DNA from: Candidatus Thorarchaeota archaeon
GTDB taxonomy: Archaea > Asgardarchaeota > Heimdallarchaeia > Hodarchaeales > Hodarchaeaceae
Reading direction: 5' to 3'
Length of the DNA: 32,000 nucleotides
Assembly: GCA_048882505.1 (NCBI GenBank)
Contig: JBHLRO010000001.1
Span: forward strand, 270,001-302,000
A program made the translations under genes and the position numbers. Below, piece by piece: positions 27,039 to 32,000 of the stretch. The notes below the pieces were generated by a model. That model was not told where the DNA came from. It saw nothing but the letters and a program-made list of their open reading frames with translations, and did no database searches. Each line of letters begins with the position of its first letter. The first letter of the stretch is position 1.

Positions 27039-27815
27039 ATGTCGTTCGGGCCATCTACATTAATACATCTCCGTATTCTTCTATATTTACTATTGACAGT
27101 ATTCGTTCTAATATTATCCTTCTTTCCTGAAGGTTGGTTAATTTATTGGATAGTCAACACGGAAAATTTGGATTTAATGCACTATCTCCTTTCCCCATTA
27201 TACCTTTTTTTGACATACTGTGTTACAGTTGTATTTTTTGGAGTTGTCCACAGCCAAATCATCATCCGAGGGTTGCGTTTACTCCCATATCGGGTAGAAC
27301 CAGGTATCTACCCCCATCATTCAGCAATGGGCAGGGCAGTAGGAATTCGTATTGCCGCGGATGGTATTTTCAAGTCAATGCTTAAAGTTTTCACCTTTCT
27401 TCCGTTTATCTGGGGGATTTTTCTTTTTCCATACGGAATGAGATTATATGGGTTACGAGTTGGAAAGAATTCTCATATTGCCACCAGAACATACATCGAA
27501 GGAGCAGGATTGGTTGAAATTGGGGAGGATACTTTTGTAGGCTACAATGCAGTCGTAACGGGACATCGGAATGAAGATCGTGCAATCAAGGTAAACCCTA
27601 CCAAAATTGGAAATCGTTGTCTCGTCGGTGCTTATTCAGTTGTGGCCAATGGAGCTGAAATGGAAGATGGATCGGTGTTAGGAGCCATGAGTGGGCTTCT
27701 TACGATGAAAATTCCCCAAGATGAGGTATGGGCTGGAGTCCCTGCAAGATTCCTAAAGAAAAAGGGAGAATCATTAGGCGATAATTCGACGTCTCAACAC
27801 CATGATATTAAGTAA
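27039..27815 (+). CDS. Membrane-anchored hexapeptide-repeat (left-handed beta-helix) acyltransferase
   Basis: N-terminal TM segments followed by LbH repeats (GLRVGKNSHI, VEIGEDTFVG, TKIGNRCLVG, MEDGSVLG) and WAGVPAR. Confidence 0.85.
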   Translation: MSFGPSTLIHLRILLYLLLTVFVLILSFFPEGWLIYWIVNTENLDLMHYLLSPLYLFLTYCVTVVFFGVVHSQIIIRGLRLLPYRVEPGIYPHHSAMGRAVGIRIAADGIFKSMLKVFTFLPFIWGIFLFPYGMRLYGLRVGKNSHIATRTYIEGAGLVEIGEDTFVGYNAVVTGHRNEDRAIKVNPTKIGNRCLVGAYSVVANGAEMEDGSVLGAMSGLLTMKIPQDEVWAGVPARFLKKKGESLGDNSTSQHHDIK

Positions 27816-27878
27816 CCTCTGTTTATTAAAACTAGCGTAACTTCCAAAGGTATTGGGGGGAACGGTTACCGTCAATTA

Positions 27879-28247
27879 ATGACCGTTTATCTTGGGTTTG
27901 ATTTAGTGATAATTGGATGAAAGTTGAGGGAGACCGATTATGTATATGCGATGAAAGATACATTTCCTATCCGCTAGACCATTTTAATAGGGCAGTTTCA
28001 ATTCATGGAACGCCTAGGGATACGTTTTCCAATGACGTAACAGCTGGAAAATTTTCAGTTGTTACCATTGAACGATATTTTATCGAAAACGGAACCAATT
28101 AAGAACCAATCAGAGTACTTCAGTTGTGGATATTCTTATGATGGTTTGAAGAATCTTAGGAAACTAGCTGATAATAAAAGAACAATCCATTCTTGTGGCG
28201 TAAAAACGCCTAGTTTTTCGTTTATTGCATTCTCTGCTGTAGCCTAA
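27879..28247 (+). pseudogene. Possible decayed gene remnant
   Basis: A single frame from ATG 27879 (MTVYLGFDL...) runs 123 codons with only three internal stops (TGA, TAG, TAA). Family not identified. Confidence 0.2.
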
Positions 28248-28288
28248 ATAGCTACAGAGGAAAGAAGTTATTTTATAGCCCAGCCAGA

Positions 28289-28672
28289 TTATTCCTTGGA
28301 TACCTCGAATCCTTCTCCTCTTAGCACGGAGATCGCCTTATCCATATCTTCCTCCTGTATTAGTACATAATCAGTTTCGAATGTGGAGATGGCAAAAATA
28401 CTGATTTTCTGATTGGCCAAGGGAGTTGCAATGGAGACAAGGATACCAGTCAGATTGAACTCTAATGGGCCCTTAACTTTGAGGTAACGCCATCCACGCT
28501 CAGCTTTCAACTTGGGATTTAGGTCCTTTTCCTTCATAACAATTGAAACTTCGTTTTCAGTTTTTGTGATGGACCAAAACGGACTCAGACCTTCAAAGCT
28601 TGGAAGACTAGCATCAGGACTCAATTGAAAGATCGCTAGACGTGTTTTACCTACCAAAAGACTATATTTCAT
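28289..28672 (-). CDS. Tandem ACT-domain protein (COG3603 / CASTOR-like ACT)
   Basis: FWSITKTENEVSIV, WRYLKVKGPLEFNLTGIL and ISIFAISTFETDYVLI. Confidence 0.9.
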   Translation of the reverse strand: MKYSLLVGKTRLAIFQLSPDASLPSFEGLSPFWSITKTENEVSIVMKEKDLNPKLKAERGWRYLKVKGPLEFNLTGILVSIATPLANQKISIFAISTFETDYVLIQEEDMDKAISVLRGEGFEVSKE

Positions 28673-28998
28673 TCTTAAAATCCTCAGAGACGTTCCTCAA
28701 AAACCCAAAGATTGTTTTTCGTGTTTAATTTTTTCGTAAACCATTATATCAGCTTTGGACTTATTGTACACGGTTTGCTCATATCGAACCACTTGTGAGG
28801 TGCAAATTCCCTCAAAACCGAAAACCGAAAAGATCTGCATTTATATTTACCAGTCCAAAAGATTGATTAATAAGACTGGAGCTTATAAATAACCGTATAA
28901 CGATTTATCCAACACACAATCGGTTCTAGAAGTTAGAAGAAAAATCGAAGATTAAGGATGGACATGTTTTAGAGAATTAAAAGGAGTTTGATGGAACG

Positions 28999-29316
28999 AT
29001 GCGTTATGAAGAAGCATACCTGGTAATCATACGGGCTCGCCCAGATTTTCCGAACACAATGACGGAAAAAGAAAAAAAGATCATGAGCGATCATTATGCC
29101 AATTTAAAGAGGTATTTGGATCAAGATAAGCTGATATTGGCAGGACCAACGTTGGATGATAGCGGAGGGTACATTATTTTGAATGTTTCCTCGAGGGAAG
29201 AAGCTATCGAACTCATGTCTGAGGATCCTTCGGTATCCTCAGGAATTATGACGGCTACCTATCATCCATTTCGTGTTTCTCTAATCAAATGTCCCCCGAC
29301 GAACATACCTAGCTGA
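28999..29316 (+). CDS. YciI/YCII family protein
   Basis: DHYANL, LILAGPT, GGYIIL and MSEDP motifs. Confidence 0.88.
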   Translation: MRYEEAYLVIIRARPDFPNTMTEKEKKIMSDHYANLKRYLDQDKLILAGPTLDDSGGYIILNVSSREEAIELMSEDPSVSSGIMTATYHPFRVSLIKCPPTNIPS

Positions 29317-29449
29317 AATGGTACACGGATAACTTAAGGAAGAACTAAATTGCTTTCATAGGTTATTTGAACCCATTGCTTTTATTTGATGAGGCATTGA
29401 GATTGTGTATGTTTATATCTTATTGATTCGATCTTTTATCGTCCCTGTA

Positions 29450-30847
29450 TCAAGAAGGATTAATCAGATTAGCAGGATTTAGGATTTCATCTAAATCCTC
29501 CTCAGAAATTAAACCTTCTTCTCTTACAACCTCTCGAATCGTTTTTCCTTCTGTGTAGGCCTTATGGGCTATACCTGCGGCTCGCTCATATCCAACAATT
29601 GGAGACAACAGTGTAACGAGCATCAGATTTTTGTTTAAGTTTTCTTTGAGTTTCTTGTGATTTACGACCAAACCTTTAACGCATCGATCTGCAAAATTTT
29701 TCGCTACGTCCCCTAGCAGCTGAATGGACTGAAGAAGATTGAAAATCATTACTGGTTTGAAGACGTTCAGTTCGAAGTTGCCTTGAGATCCAGCGAACGA
29801 AATGGAGACGTCATTGCCAAGAATCTGAGCTACGACTTGAGTAACAGATTCTGATTGCGTTGGGTTTACCTTACCAGGCATAATTGAAGATCCTGGCTCA
29901 TTTGCAGGAAGAATAAGTTCTTGAAGGCCGTTCCTGGGTCCCGATCCCATCCAGCGAATATCATTAGCTATCTTCATTAGGGATATGGCAACGACCTTAA
30001 TCGCACCACTTATCTCAACAATAGCATCGTGGCTCGCCATTCCTTCGAATTTATTTTCTCCGGATACGAAAGGAAGATCGGTTAGTTCCGCGATTCGGTT
30101 TGCAGCTCGTTCCGCAAATTCAGGATGGGAATTGATGCCTGTACCTACTGCCGTTCCACCTATCGCTAATTCATAAAGATGAGGTAGACCATTGGTGAGC
30201 CTAGTGATCCCGTGTCGAATCTGAGTAGCATATCCCGAGAATTCTTGTCCTAAACTTATAGGAGTAGCATCCATCAAGTGCGTACGCCCAGACTTAATGA
30301 TGTCTTTATACTCCTCCATCTTCTCTGTAAGAATACTCAATAAATGGTTCAGAGCTGGAATTAAATGCTTTGAAATCGCTTGAACAGCGGAAACGTGCAT
30401 GGCCGTGGGAATAATATCATTTGATGATTGAGATCGATTTACATGGTCATTAGGGTGGACAGGCGTTTTGGTCCCCAAACTTCCACCCAATATCTTAATC
30501 GCACGATTCGAGATCACCTCGTTCATGTTCATATTGGTTTGTGTGCCAGATCCAGTTTGCCATATGACCAAAGGGAAATGGTCATTGAGCTTGCCAGCTC
30601 TAATCTCATCGGTTACCTGGATTATGACTTCAGCGATCTTTGCATCTATTAGGCCCAAATCTTTGTTGACCTCCGCACAGGCGCGTTTTACGATTGCCAA
30701 TGCGTGGATGAACTCAATTGGAAATATTACATGTCCAGATGACCGAAAAGGAAAGTTATCAACACTACGTTGAGTTTGTACTCCCCAATATTTGCTATCT
30801 GGAACTTCAACCTTACCCAGACTATCTGCCTCTTTTCGAAAGCCCAT
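29450..30847 (-). CDS. fumC: Fumarate hydratase class II
   Basis: YWGVQTQRS, WQTGSGTQTNMN, GRTHLMDATP and signature GSSIMPGKVNPTQSE. Confidence 0.97.
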   Translation of the reverse strand: MGFRKEADSLGKVEVPDSKYWGVQTQRSVDNFPFRSSGHVIFPIEFIHALAIVKRACAEVNKDLGLIDAKIAEVIIQVTDEIRAGKLNDHFPLVIWQTGSGTQTNMNMNEVISNRAIKILGGSLGTKTPVHPNDHVNRSQSSNDIIPTAMHVSAVQAISKHLIPALNHLLSILTEKMEEYKDIIKSGRTHLMDATPISLGQEFSGYATQIRHGITRLTNGLPHLYELAIGGTAVGTGINSHPEFAERAANRIAELTDLPFVSGENKFEGMASHDAIVEISGAIKVVAISLMKIANDIRWMGSGPRNGLQELILPANEPGSSIMPGKVNPTQSESVTQVVAQILGNDVSISFAGSQGNFELNVFKPVMIFNLLQSIQLLGDVAKNFADRCVKGLVVNHKKLKENLNKNLMLVTLLSPIVGYERAAGIAHKAYTEGKTIREVVREEGLISEEDLDEILNPANLINPS

Positions 30848-31231
30848 CGATAACTACCAACCTATTTCAGGATAAATAGAAGTAAAACGATACTGGTTTG
30901 ATTAGAGGTTTTTTTCCAGAGTTAAAAATGTTCTAGATTCTTGATTCGGAATTTTCAAACAGATACATAGTCAAAACCTTTCTAGTGGATTTGAAATGGC
31001 TGAGATTCGTCGATAATGGTCACTGAAAACTGGTTATATTGTAATTATAGACCATCGGTACCACCAGAGAATGTAAACGGCTTTGGAGAAGGAAAACTTT
31101 TTTTATCAAGTACACTAATCATTCTTCATCCTTGTCACGGTTTTCGTCAGTTTGCCGTATCAAAATCCCAGATTGAGTGGGCGTTCTAAGGATACCCAAA
31201 CAAATTGGACCATTTCGTGATTATCGAGGTG

Positions 31232-32000
31232 TTGAAAATTCGTCTCCTTGAATATGAAAGTAAAGAGATTTTCAGTGAGTATGGTCTTCCACTAGCCAAG
31301 AGGATGGTTCTTACCAGAAAGGACGAGTTAAGTTCAAAGATCAACCAGTTTTCCTTCCCAGCAATTGTAAAATCACAGATCGCGGTTGGGAGTAGAAAAA
31401 AAAGAGGCCTGATAAAAATCGCAAATACCAGCGAAGAGGCCATACAAATGTGTGAGGAATTCTTTCAGAAGAAAGTGGGTGACTATGGGGTAGAGGCTAT
31501 CTTGATCGAAGCACTCGCTAATATTCAGCATGAATACTATTGCTCAATAGCTCTAGACTCTTCAGGAAGGCAATTTGTTCTTATAGCCAGTATAGAGGGA
31601 GGGATTGACATCGAAGAAGTCGCAGCGACTCGCCCTGACGCCATAATCAAAGAATACATTTCCTTAAGTGAGGGACTCAGGAGAGATGTTGCACAGGATG
31701 TCGCGAAGAGACTGGGTTTCGAAGATAACATTTTAGCTGAAGCCACTGACATGTTCCTAAAGCTATGGCTAATAGCAAAGGAAAAAGAGGCTCAGTTAGT
31801 TGAAATCAACCCACTTGTTCTAACACCAGAAGGAATACTCGCTGTTGACGGGAAAATGACATTAGATGATAATGCGGTGTTCCGACAACCTGTTGTCCAA
31901 CATTTTCAAGAAAAAAAATTATCAGAGCTTGAGAAGATAGCCAAAAAAGTAGGTTTTTCATTTGTAGAGCTTAACGGAGATATCGGAATTTTGGCAAATG
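31232..32000 (+). CDS. sucC: Succinyl-CoA synthetase beta subunit, partial (missing from the ORF track because it runs off the window end)
   Basis: Manual translation: (L)KIRLLEYESKEIF...KSQIAVGSRKKRG...EGGIDIEE...EINPL...DGKMTLDDNA...FVELNGDIGILAN. Frame is open to the window end. Confidence 0.9.
   Translation, partial: MKIRLLEYESKEIFSEYGLPLAKRMVLTRKDELSSKINQFSFPAIVKSQIAVGSRKKRGLIKIANTSEEAIQMCEEFFQKKVGDYGVEAILIEALANIQHEYYCSIALDSSGRQFVLIASIEGGIDIEEVAATRPDAIIKEYISLSEGLRRDVAQDVAKRLGFEDNILAEATDMFLKLWLIAKEKEAQLVEINPLVLTPEGILAVDGKMTLDDNAVFRQPVVQHFQEKKLSELEKIAKKVGFSFVELNGDIGILAN

Noticed and set aside
28814-28828. Short direct repeat AAAACCG x2
   Set aside because: Too short and only two copies; not a CRISPR or iteron array.
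1142-31752. The many 60-134 aa ORFs in the track that overlap larger genes (for example 2037-2318, 7789-8163, 10428-10832, 13305-13670, 22111-22479, 31537-31752)
   Set aside because: Antisense or alternate-frame shadows of well-supported genes, with no motifs or RBS.
1-32000. CRISPR arrays, transposases, integrases, rRNA or tRNA genes
   Set aside because: None seen on reading both strands. A tRNAscan/Infernal run would be needed to exclude divergent RNAs.

Overview
Gene-dense, AT-rich 32 kb window that looks archaeal: GAGGTG/GGTGA ribosome-binding sites, many TTG starts, an archaeal-type endonuclease IV, and Lrp and DtxR regulators. Longin/roadblock-like, PCI-like and C2-like domains point to an Asgard archaeon, probably Heimdallarchaeia/Hodarchaeales. 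That assignment is inference and was not tested by any search. Recognisable genes are endonuclease IV, a TPR protein, DinB, acyl-CoA dehydrogenase, a TIGR00341/DUF389 membrane protein, Lrp/AsnC, tldD-pmbA, two tandem 7TM-PAS histidine kinases, YhhN, a P-type ATPase, an alpha/beta lipase-like hydrolase, sodX-sodN (nickel superoxide dismutase), a DtxR/MntR regulator, a hexapeptide acyltransferase, an ACT protein, YciI, fumC and a partial sucC. I saw no CRISPR array, tRNA, rRNA or mobile element. The best candidate for an undescribed system is the P2A-scaffold P-type ATPase. Its Ca2+-ligand positions are mostly replaced, and M4 reads PINIP instead of PEGLP, so Ile sits at the position where eukaryotic P4 lipid flippases have PISL. 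It is flanked by a lysoplasmalogenase-like gene and a lipase-like gene. Other strong leads are a degenerate CofD-fold/helical/PCI fusion, a 7TM-longin fusion, a divergent pair of a roadblock-like protein with an amphipathic helix and a C2-like protein, and an archaeal NiSOD locus. All domain calls come from motif recognition by eye.
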